From assembly GCA_027310965.1 (NCBI GenBank), contig DAICZW010000002.1, forward strand, positions 14,108-46,370: DNA of 32,263 nt. The letters are read 5' to 3'. Every line of letters begins with the position of its first letter. Within the stretch, counting starts at the first letter, position 1. Positions 8,080 through 15,683 of this stretch are shown here, in pieces. Origin of the DNA: a bacterium. Lineage in GTDB: Bacteria > Patescibacteriota > Minisyncoccia > UBA6257 > 2-01-FULL-56-20. The notes beneath the pieces were generated by a model that was not told the origin of the DNA, made no database searches, and saw only the letters and a list, made by a program, of their open reading frames with translations. Position numbers and translations under genes: made by a program.

Positions 8080-10461
8080 ATGTATATTATTTTCTTTATC
8101 ATCGCTTGCGCCATTGCCGTTGTCGCGATTTTTTTTATCGTCCGCAATGCCGCGCGAAAACGCATCGACGATTCGCTTCGTTCGGCGCTTTTTCTCATCA
8201 AGGTTCCGAAGCCGGACGGCAACGATAAGCCGGGAAACGCCGAACACGGGGATTTCAAGACAGAACTTGCGCATTTTGAACAGCTGCTTGCGGGACTTTC
8301 CGCGATAAAAAAACCGTTTGCGTTCGAGATTGCGGTGCCGCATGTGGGCGAAGAGATACATTTTTATCTTTCCGTTCCGAAGCTGGCGGGTGAGATTGCG
8401 GCGAAACAGATCCAGGGATTATGGAGCGGCGCAAGCGTTGCCTTGGTGCAGGATGATTTTACTATTTTCGACGCGCACGGCGCGGCGGCCGCGGCGTATA
8501 TCGCGCAAAAGGAAAATTTTGCTTTGCCCGTAAAAACATATGCCGAGCTTGGTGTCGATTCTTTCGAGGCGGTGCTCGGCGCATTCGCGAAGATCAACGA
8601 AGCCGGTGAAGGCGCGGCATTGCAGCTTGTCGTGCGTCCGGCGGCGAGAGAAGCGAAAAAGAAAGTCCAGGGATATATCACCGCTTTGAAAAAAGGAGAG
8701 CCGCTGAAGAAAGTGTTCGGCCATGAATTTCCGCTTTCGTTTTCCGAGGTGGCGCATGTTTTGAATCCGTCGAAAGAGGAAGAGGAAAAAAAGGAAAAGA
8801 TCATCGACGAAGAGGCGGCGAAAGCGCTGCAAATGAAGATCGCGAAGCCGCTTTTCGAGGTGAATGCGCGGCTCATCGCGTCCGCCGGTTCGCAATTCCA
8901 GGCCGACGATATTCTGGACGGTCTTGCCGCCGGTTTCAGCCAGTTTGCCGCGCCGGAGCGGAACGAGTTTCGGATCGTAAAGCAGCGTAATCCGAAAAAA
9001 CTCATTGATGATTTCATTTTCCGGTCGTTCACGCCCGCGCAGACGATGACGCTTTCCGCGGAGGAGATCGCGAGTTTTTATCATCTGCCGATTGCGTCGA
9101 CCGAGACGCCGCGCGTGAAATGGCTGAAGTCAAAAGAAGCGCCGCCGCCTTCGAACCTTCCGGCGAAAGGATTTTTGATCGGCGAGAGCGTGTTCCGCGG
9201 GCAGACGAAGCCGGTCTACATGACGGATGACGACCGCCGCCGCCATATTTATATCCTCGGGCAGACCGGTACCGGCAAAACGACGCTGATCGGCAACATG
9301 CTCATCGAGGATATCAAAGCGGGAAAAGGGCTCGCGATCATCGATCCGCACGGCGACCTTGCGGAAGACGCGCTCGGATTCGTGCCGAAGGAGCGGATGG
9401 ATGACGTCATTTACTTCAATCCGGCCGACATGGAGCGGCCGATGGGGTTGAATATGCTCGAATATAATTTCAACCGTCCCGAGGAGAAGACGTTCATCAT
9501 CAACGAGATGTTGAATATTTTCGACAAGCTGTACGACCTGAAAACGACCGGCGGGCCGATGTTCGAGTTGTATCTGCGGAATGCGCTGCTGCTTTTAATG
9601 GAAGACATGCCGAACGAGCCGGCGACCCTGACGGAAGTGCCGCGCATTTTCACCGACGCGGCATACCGCACCCGGAAACTACAGCGCTCGAAAAATCCGC
9701 TGGTTGTCGATTTTTGGGAAAAGGAGGCGTCGAAAACGAGCGGCGACACGTCGCTCGGTAACATGACGGTTTATGTTTCCTCGAAGTTCACGCCGTTTCT
9801 CGGCAACGATTACATCCGTCCGATCATCGGCCAGCCGAAATCGGCGTTCAATTTCCGCGAAGCGATGGACAGCGGGAAAATATTGATCATCAACCTTTCG
9901 AAAGGGCGCATCGGCGACATCAACGCGTCGCTGCTTGGCATGATCTTTACTGGGAAAATCCTCATGGCGGCGTTGTCGCGCGCCGATACGGCGGACAGGG
10001 AAACCCGCCGCGATTTCAACCTTTATATAGACGAGTTCCAGAATTTCGCGACCGATTCCATTGCCACCATCCTTTCCGAAGCGCGTAAATATCGGCTGAA
10101 CCTTATTATCGGGCACCAGTTCATCGCGCAGCTCATTGATAAGATAAGGGATGCCGTTTTCGGCAACGTCGGTTCGCAGATCGTTTTCCGCGTGGGCGCT
10201 GACGACGCGGAATTTATCGTTAAACAGTTCGCGCCGGTGTTCAGCCAGAACGATCTCATGAACATCGACAACATGAACGCGCATGTGAAGCTGCTCATCA
10301 ACGGCCAGACCTCGAATCCCTTCACTATGCGCATCGGCACGGCATGGTGGGGCGGCGGCGACCGCGCGCTCGCGGAAAAGCTCAAGGAATATTCGCGCAT
10401 GAAATACGGCGTCGACCGGCAAACGGTGGAGGATGAGGTCTATGGAAGGTTGAGGGGATAG
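8080..10461 (+). CDS. membrane-anchored VirD4/TraG/VirB4/HerA-like P-loop ATPase
   Basis: N-terminal TM helix, RRHIYILGQTGTGKT Walker A, IIDPHGD, LYIDEFQ Walker B, SEARKY, GHQFIAQL; start moved to 8080 because 8029 is inside a repeat. Confidence 0.88.
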   Translation: MYIIFFIIACAIAVVAIFFIVRNAARKRIDDSLRSALFLIKVPKPDGNDKPGNAEHGDFKTELAHFEQLLAGLSAIKKPFAFEIAVPHVGEEIHFYLSVPKLAGEIAAKQIQGLWSGASVALVQDDFTIFDAHGAAAAAYIAQKENFALPVKTYAELGVDSFEAVLGAFAKINEAGEGAALQLVVRPAAREAKKKVQGYITALKKGEPLKKVFGHEFPLSFSEVAHVLNPSKEEEEKKEKIIDEEAAKALQMKIAKPLFEVNARLIASAGSQFQADDILDGLAAGFSQFAAPERNEFRIVKQRNPKKLIDDFIFRSFTPAQTMTLSAEEIASFYHLPIASTETPRVKWLKSKEAPPPSNLPAKGFLIGESVFRGQTKPVYMTDDDRRRHIYILGQTGTGKTTLIGNMLIEDIKAGKGLAIIDPHGDLAEDALGFVPKERMDDVIYFNPADMERPMGLNMLEYNFNRPEEKTFIINEMLNIFDKLYDLKTTGGPMFELYLRNALLLLMEDMPNEPATLTEVPRIFTDAAYRTRKLQRSKNPLVVDFWEKEASKTSGDTSLGNMTVYVSSKFTPFLGNDYIRPIIGQPKSAFNFREAMDSGKILIINLSKGRIGDINASLLGMIFTGKILMAALSRADTADRETRRDFNLYIDEFQNFATDSIATILSEARKYRLNLIIGHQFIAQLIDKIRDAVFGNVGSQIVFRVGADDAEFIVKQFAPVFSQNDLMNIDNMNAHVKLLINGQTSNPFTMRIGTAWWGGGDRALAEKLKEYSRMKYGVDRQTVEDEVYGRLRG

Positions 10462-10470
10462 ATTCTTTTC

Positions 10471-10502
10471 TGTCGTTCTCGCGAAGGCGAGGATCCACGC
10501 TT
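10471..10502 (+). repeat. single family 1 unit
   Basis: TGTCGTTCTCGCGAAGGCGAGGATCCACGCTT; 31/32 identical to 27791-27822. Confidence 0.9.
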
Positions 10503-10630
10503 AGGATTGATTGATGGTAGAAATCTGTATGCGGGCTTTTAAATCTCTGCTTGTCGCACCAACGGTCACGTTAAGCGGTCATTGGTGTTTTTAAAGAAAA
10601 CCGTCAGATTAAAAAATCATAAATTCAAAT

Positions 10631-10659
10631 TTGACGCGATTTTAAAATCCGCCTATTAT
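10631..10659 (+). promoter_or_regulatory. hicBA promoter with palindromic spacer
   Basis: TTGACG-17nt-TATTAT, 6 nt before ATG 10666; GCGATTTTAAAATCCGC near-palindrome at 10636-10652. Confidence 0.7.
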
Positions 10660-10665
10660 AGCAAC

Positions 10666-10884
10666 ATGCGCATTATGCACTTACAATCTGCGGTTTGGAA
10701 AGAGGGGAAATTCTACGTTGCCCAGTGTTTGAACGTGGATGTTTCCAGTTTCGGCAAAACCAAAAAAGAGGCCTTGAAAAATTTACAGGAGGCGTTGGAG
10801 CTTTATTTTGAAGACAAAAAACCTGGCAAAATCACGCGCGTGGAAAAGCCGGAATTGACCGAATTATCGGTGGCACATGCCTAA
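10666..10884 (+). CDS. hicB: HicB-family antitoxin, short form without C-terminal DNA-binding domain
   Basis: WKEGKFYVAQC..VSSFGKTKKEALKNLQEALELY; overlaps hicA start. Confidence 0.88.
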   Translation: MRIMHLQSAVWKEGKFYVAQCLNVDVSSFGKTKKEALKNLQEALELYFEDKKPGKITRVEKPELTELSVAHA

Positions 10885-11092
10885 ACTTTATTCTTCCACT
10901 AAAATAATCAAAACCCTGGGAAACCGGGGTTTTGTTTTTATATCGCAAAAAGGCAGCCATGCTAAATATCGCAAATATGGCAGTTCTGTGTTAACAGTAA
11001 TTATTCCTGCCGACAGAAAACAGGTTCCTATCGGAACTTTTAAGTCAATATTACGGCAATCAAATTTACAAATAGAAGATTTTGAGAAATAG
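10877..11092 (+). CDS. hicA: HicA-family mRNA interferase toxin
   Basis: GFVFISQKGSH, VIIP, IGTFKSILRQS motifs, 71 aa. Confidence 0.92.
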   Translation: MPKLYSSTKIIKTLGNRGFVFISQKGSHAKYRKYGSSVLTVIIPADRKQVPIGTFKSILRQSNLQIEDFEK

Positions 11093-11133
11093 ATTTTTTC
11101 CGCTATTTCTGAATATGGTATCATTGAACTATC

Positions 11134-12306
11134 ATGATTCATTTTTTACGCGCGGCGGATCCGAAACTGCTTCGCGGGACGGCGTTGCTGCGGCTTGATT
11201 TCAATACGCAGGATGACTGGCGGATGAAGGCGGTCATTCCGACGATAAAGCTGCTTTTGAAGACGAGCGGGAAAATCGTCATAGTGAGCCATCGCGGCCG
11301 GCCGGAAAATATAACGATTAAAAACGGCGCTCCATCCGGTTTTGAAAAACTTTTGAGCCTAAAGAAAGACGCGCGGGAACTTACGCTGCTGTTGAATAGA
11401 AAAGTGATTTTTGTGCCGCATTTCCGGTTCGCGGAAATAAAAAAAATCGTTGCCGTCTCTCCGCGCGGTTCAGTTTTTCTTTTGGAAAATCTGCGGTTCC
11501 TGAAAGGCGAAGAAAAAAACGATCCGCGCTTTGTGCGGCAGCTGGCGGCGCTTGCCGATTTTTATGTGAATGACGCGTTCGCCGTTTCGCATCGCGCGAA
11601 CGCATCCATCGCCGCGATAACGGAATTTTTGCCGAGTTATGCCGGCCTTGAGCTCGAGAAGGAAATAACATTCCTCGGCAAGGCGATGCGGAAGCCGAAA
11701 CATCCGATGGTCTTCGTGATCGGCGGCGCGAAGGCGGCGGACAAGCTGGGCGTGATACGGTATTTCAAGAATAAAGCCGACCGGTTTCTTCTGGGCGGCG
11801 GTCCGGCGAACACAGCGCTCGGCCTGCGCGGTTTCGATGTCGAGCAGTCGCTCATCGACCGCGATCCGAAAGACCGCAAAGAAATGAAAGCGATCGCGCG
11901 GTATAAAAATATTTTCCTTCCCGAAGACTGCGTCTGGCACCGTAACGCAATCGTGGATCTCGGCGAAGCGACGATAAAAAAGTTCAGCCGCGTTATTGCC
12001 GGCGCGAAAACGATCATCTGGAGCGGGCCGCTCGGCATGACCGACAAAAAAGAATATCGCCACGGAAGTTTTTCTATCGCCGCGGCGATCGTGAAAAACC
12101 GGAAAGCGTTTTCCGTCGCCGGCGGCGGCGAGACCGTGAAGTTCCTTAAAGATTACGGTTTCGATAAAAAATTCGGTTTTATCTCGACCGGCGGCGGCGC
12201 GATGCTTGATTTTTTGGCGGGAGAAAAATTGTCGGGCATCGAGGCGCTGCGGCGAAGCGGCGCCTCGAAAAAAATAACGATAAGAAAAAGAGAGATGAGC
12301 GATTAA
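11134..12306 (+). CDS. pgk: phosphoglycerate kinase
   Basis: RLDFN, SHRGRP, LENLRF, NDAF..SHR..AS, GGAK, STGGGA. Confidence 0.95.
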   Translation: MIHFLRAADPKLLRGTALLRLDFNTQDDWRMKAVIPTIKLLLKTSGKIVIVSHRGRPENITIKNGAPSGFEKLLSLKKDARELTLLLNRKVIFVPHFRFAEIKKIVAVSPRGSVFLLENLRFLKGEEKNDPRFVRQLAALADFYVNDAFAVSHRANASIAAITEFLPSYAGLELEKEITFLGKAMRKPKHPMVFVIGGAKAADKLGVIRYFKNKADRFLLGGGPANTALGLRGFDVEQSLIDRDPKDRKEMKAIARYKNIFLPEDCVWHRNAIVDLGEATIKKFSRVIAGAKTIIWSGPLGMTDKKEYRHGSFSIAAAIVKNRKAFSVAGGGETVKFLKDYGFDKKFGFISTGGGAMLDFLAGEKLSGIEALRRSGASKKITIRKREMSD

Positions 12307-12310
12307 GAAG

Positions 12311-12410
12311 AAAAGACGGGAAGCGTGGATCCTTGACTTCGCGAGGACGACGGAGGGGGAGGATTCTTATTTCCGCGAAGACGACAGAGAGGACGGAACG
12401 AGGACGACGG
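12311..12410 (-). repeat. family 1 right-hand unit followed by two decayed tandem units
   Basis: AAAAGACGGGAAGCGTGGATCCTTGACTTCGCGAGGACGAC, then GGATTC..GCGAAGACGACAGA and CGAGGACGAC. Confidence 0.8.
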
Positions 12411-12481
12411 AAAAGACGGGTGCGGGGAGTTATAATGCTTCAAGTCGAAACGGACAAGCGCGTGCATCCTATTTTAAAATC

Positions 12482-13363
12482 ATGACTAAATTCATCGAAA
12501 ATCGCATCAACCAGCGAACGGTAAAGAAAAATATAGCGGTGCTTTATCACGGCGATTGTTCCGACGGGTTCGGCGCGGCATGGGCGGCATGGAAAAAATT
12601 CAAAGATAAAGCGGATTATGTGCCGCTCTTCCGCGGCAGACCGCTTCCCGCGGGACTCAAAGGAAAGGAACTTTATTTTATAGATTTTACGCCGAACCGG
12701 ACGGCGGAACTGAAAAAACTTATCCGGGATAACCGGCGCGTGACGATCATCGACCATCATATTTCCGCGAAAGAAAGCGCGGCGCTCGTCTGCAATCCTC
12801 TTTTTTCGTTGAACCACTCGGGGGCGGTGCTTGCATGGCGCTATTTCCATCCCGGTAAAAAAGTACCCTGGCTTTTACGGACGATCGAGGATATGGATCT
12901 TTGGAAATTTAAAATGCCGCACACGAAGGCCGTTTATGCATTTCTTGATCTCTATGATTTTGATTTCCGTCTTTGGGATAAATTTGCGAAAGATTTTGAA
13001 AATATTTCAAAACGAAAAACATATCTTGAAAAAGGCAGGCTCGTGCTGTGTTATGAGGAGAAGGCCATAGCCCGCATCATCGGCAAAAGCGCGGAGAAAG
13101 TATTATTTGCGGGACATGAAATCTATGCGGTCAATGCCGCGCAATATGCATCCGAGATCGGGCACGCGTTGTATGCCGCGTTTCCTCCCGTGGCGATCAT
13201 CTGGAACAAGCGGCCGGGCATGACCGTCGTTTCGCTCCGTTCCGACGGCACCGTGGATGTCGCGAAGATAGCGGCGCGGTTCGGCGGCGGCGGCCATAGG
13301 GCGTCCGCAGGTTTCGAGATTCCCGACGGGAAACCTTTGCCATGGAAATCTATTAGGCGATAA
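12482..13363 (+). CDS. DHH/DHHA1 phosphoesterase (NrnB-like nanoRNase)
   Basis: YHGDCSDG, IDF, IDHH, SGA, SLRS, GGGGH motifs. Confidence 0.9.
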   Translation: MTKFIENRINQRTVKKNIAVLYHGDCSDGFGAAWAAWKKFKDKADYVPLFRGRPLPAGLKGKELYFIDFTPNRTAELKKLIRDNRRVTIIDHHISAKESAALVCNPLFSLNHSGAVLAWRYFHPGKKVPWLLRTIEDMDLWKFKMPHTKAVYAFLDLYDFDFRLWDKFAKDFENISKRKTYLEKGRLVLCYEEKAIARIIGKSAEKVLFAGHEIYAVNAAQYASEIGHALYAAFPPVAIIWNKRPGMTVVSLRSDGTVDVAKIAARFGGGGHRASAGFEIPDGKPLPWKSIRR

Positions 13364-13387
13364 TCCGTCAGAAATTTTTATTTTTTT

Positions 13388-13503
13388 ATCGTCGTTCGCA
13401 AAGACGAATGGCTTATGTTTCAAACCTTCTCTTTTAAATTCTTAAAGCATGGATTCTCGCCCGCCCGAATTTTCGGAGAAAAATCCGGGCGGGCGAGGAC
13501 GAC
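13388..13503. repeat. family 1 doublet with cassette Y (13460-13493)
   Basis: AAGCATGGATTCTCG-CCCGCCCGAATTTTCGGAGAAAAATCCGGGCGGG-CGAGGACGAC. Confidence 0.8.
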
Positions 13504-13526
13504 CGGCATTAAAAAAATTATCAATT

Positions 13527-14141
13527 ATGGCTACCAAAAATAAGTTTTACGCATACATTATTCCGTCCTTAAAGATAAAAGGGATCGCCGGAAGCTGGGC
13601 GGCATGCGAAAAAATAGTTTCCGGGATCGCCGGCGCGCGCTATCGGGGATTTTCAAACAGGGAAGAGGCCGGACAATGGCTCGAAAGCGGCGCGCGCTAC
13701 GATGCGAAGCCGGCGAAAAAACTTAAAGAAGGAATTTATTTCGATGCGGGAACCGGCAGGGGAAACGGCGTCGAAATAAGCGTGACCGACGAAAAAGGAA
13801 AAAACCTGCTTCACAAGGCGCTTGCGGCGAAAGAACTGAACCGCTTCGGAAAGCATCGCGTTGACCGCGTTTCCGCGACGAACAATTACGGCGAGCTTCT
13901 GGCGTTGCGTTACGCGCTCATAGTGGCGGACCATGACGGCGTAAAAAATATTTTCGGCGACAGCAAACTGGTTATCGATTATTGGTCACGATGGCGTATG
14001 AAAAAAAAAGAATTGCCCGAAGAAACCGTCCGGCTCGCACACGAAGTCGCCGAAATGAGGGATGCCTTTGAAAAAAACGGCGGTGTGATAGAAAGAATTT
14101 CCGGCGCGCATAATCCCGCCGATCTCGGGTTCCACCGGTAA
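13527..14141 (+). CDS. rnhA: ribonuclease HI with N-terminal viroplasmin/hybrid-binding domain
   Basis: KFYAY..SWAACEKIVSG..ARYRGF N-domain; YFDAG, TNNYGEL, GDSKL, HNPAD catalytic motifs; start moved from 13449 (in repeat) to 13527. Confidence 0.85.
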   Translation: MATKNKFYAYIIPSLKIKGIAGSWAACEKIVSGIAGARYRGFSNREEAGQWLESGARYDAKPAKKLKEGIYFDAGTGRGNGVEISVTDEKGKNLLHKALAAKELNRFGKHRVDRVSATNNYGELLALRYALIVADHDGVKNIFGDSKLVIDYWSRWRMKKKELPEETVRLAHEVAEMRDAFEKNGGVIERISGAHNPADLGFHR

Positions 14142-14201
14142 GTTTTTTCTATTTTTTTGGTTGATTGAAACCGTTCGAAACGTTTAAAACCGGCTTTTCC
14201 C

Positions 14202-14301
14202 TGTTGTCCAAGTTATGATTATGGAGCCACGCTTTTAAAAAAATCCGGAAGTGCGGATCCGTTTCCCGTTCGACAAATTCAGGGCAAGCTGTGCGGACAA
14301 C
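14202..14301. repeat. decayed family 1 doublet with TTCGACAAATTCAGGGCAAG loop cassette
   Basis: GTTGTCC...CCACGCTT / AAGTGCGGATCC...GGACAAC. Confidence 0.55.
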
Positions 14302-14388
14302 CGTTTGACAAAATAATGCCGGGCATCCGTAAGTTTTCGATTTCCGATTCGATTTCCGGAATTTTCCGAAATCCTGTAAAATAAAAAC

Positions 14389-15588
14389 ATGATATTGCAC
14401 GGCAATCTATTGGCAAACGTGGCGTTCTTGAACGGCTTCAAGAATGTTTCTCTGGGCGTGAACGACTGGATTGATTTTTTTATCATCGCTGTCCTGATCT
14501 ATGTCGTGATCAGGGTCTTGAGTGAAACGCATTCGCTTTCGGTCGCGGCCGGCATTTTCGGTTTGGGCGTGCTGTATGCCGCATCGATTGTTTTTAATCT
14601 GCCGCTCACGCATCTTGTACTGCAGTCGCTTTTCGGAGTCATTCTTATTTTTATCGCCATTATTTTTCAAAGAGAATTGCGCCGCCTTTTTTCTTTCGTC
14701 GGTTTTTTCAAGTTCCGCAGGCATGTGCCGCCGACCGAGGCGACGATAGCGACGGTTGCCCGCGCGGTCATGCGTTTATCGCAGACAAAAACCGGCGCAC
14801 TCATCGTTTTTCCGGGCAAGGAATCGATCGCGCGCATGCTTGACGGCGGTATCCCGCTTCACGGCAGTATTTCCGAAGAGCTCCTTATGAGCATTTTCGA
14901 CGAATCGACGCCCGGCCATGACGGCGCCGTGATCATCGAAGACAATAAACTGAAAAGGTTCGGGGTTCATCTGCCGCTTGCCGAAAATCTGAAACGGTTG
15001 GGAAAATCAGGGTTGCGCCACCGTGCGGCTATCGGACTTTCGGAACGCTCGGATGCGCTGGTTGTCGTCGTTTCCGGAGAATCGGGAAAAATCGACATTG
15101 CGCGCCATGCCGCATTCGAGCGGTGTGAGGACGAAACGGCGGTCCGTGAAAAACTTTCGGCGTTTTACGGCGCGGTTGTTTCCGGGAGCCGTTGGAGTTA
15201 TTTTTCCCAGTGGACGGCGCGGAACGCGCTTTCTTTCGGCATTGCGGTCGTGATTGCGTTTATTGTGTGGCTTTTTTTCGTCCCTGAATTCACCCTGGTC
15301 CAGAAGAAATTCACCGTACCGCTTGAATTTCAGAACGTTTCTTCGACGTACGTCATCCAGGATGTCATCCCGCGCGAAGCGGTGCTGACGCTTCAGGGGC
15401 AAAACCTTAGTTTCGAATCACTCGCGCCCCAGTCGCTGGACGTTGTCGTCGATCTTAGTTCAGTCGGCAAGCCAGGATGGCATGACGTATCGTTAAAACC
15501 GTCCGACGCGGAGATTCCCGACGGTTTTTCGCTTGCCGCAATCGACCCGGATACCATCGAGGTGGAGATTGCGAATAAAAATCAATAA
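14389..15588 (+). CDS. diadenylate cyclase: CdaA-type 3TM-DAC fused to TM and YbbR (CdaR-like) domain
   Basis: FQRELRR, HDGAV and GLRHRAA DAC motifs; second TM then VPLEF..V.LTLQG..VVVDLS..GWHDV YbbR-like domain. Confidence 0.88.
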   Translation: MILHGNLLANVAFLNGFKNVSLGVNDWIDFFIIAVLIYVVIRVLSETHSLSVAAGIFGLGVLYAASIVFNLPLTHLVLQSLFGVILIFIAIIFQRELRRLFSFVGFFKFRRHVPPTEATIATVARAVMRLSQTKTGALIVFPGKESIARMLDGGIPLHGSISEELLMSIFDESTPGHDGAVIIEDNKLKRFGVHLPLAENLKRLGKSGLRHRAAIGLSERSDALVVVVSGESGKIDIARHAAFERCEDETAVREKLSAFYGAVVSGSRWSYFSQWTARNALSFGIAVVIAFIVWLFFVPEFTLVQKKFTVPLEFQNVSSTYVIQDVIPREAVLTLQGQNLSFESLAPQSLDVVVDLSSVGKPGWHDVSLKPSDAEIPDGFSLAAIDPDTIEVEIANKNQ

Positions 15589-15602
15589 ACCGTTAAGAAT
15601 AA

Positions 15603-15677
15603 AATAGGACGTGCGCATTTGAAAAAATCATAAGAAAATGTCTCAAACCGTAGCGGCGCCAGCGCGGGCGTCCTATT
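15603..15677 (+). repeat. family 2 element (TAGG-ended, 9-bp terminal inverted repeat)
   Basis: AATAGGACG...CGTCCTATT; core TGCGCATTTGAAAAAATCATAAGAAAATGTCTCAAACCG shared with 24202 and 31085. Confidence 0.85.
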
Positions 15678-15683
15678 AAATTT

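Noticed and set aside
8080-11092. Conjugative element (ATPase plus toxin-antitoxin)
   Set aside because: No relaxase, integrase or mating-pair genes; flanked by core genes; the ATPase has host-like composition.
11134-12306. PGK variants (short DFNT loop, WSGP, GGGET) as signs of a pseudogene
   Set aside because: The ORF is full length with substrate- and nucleotide-binding motifs retained; more likely lineage variation.
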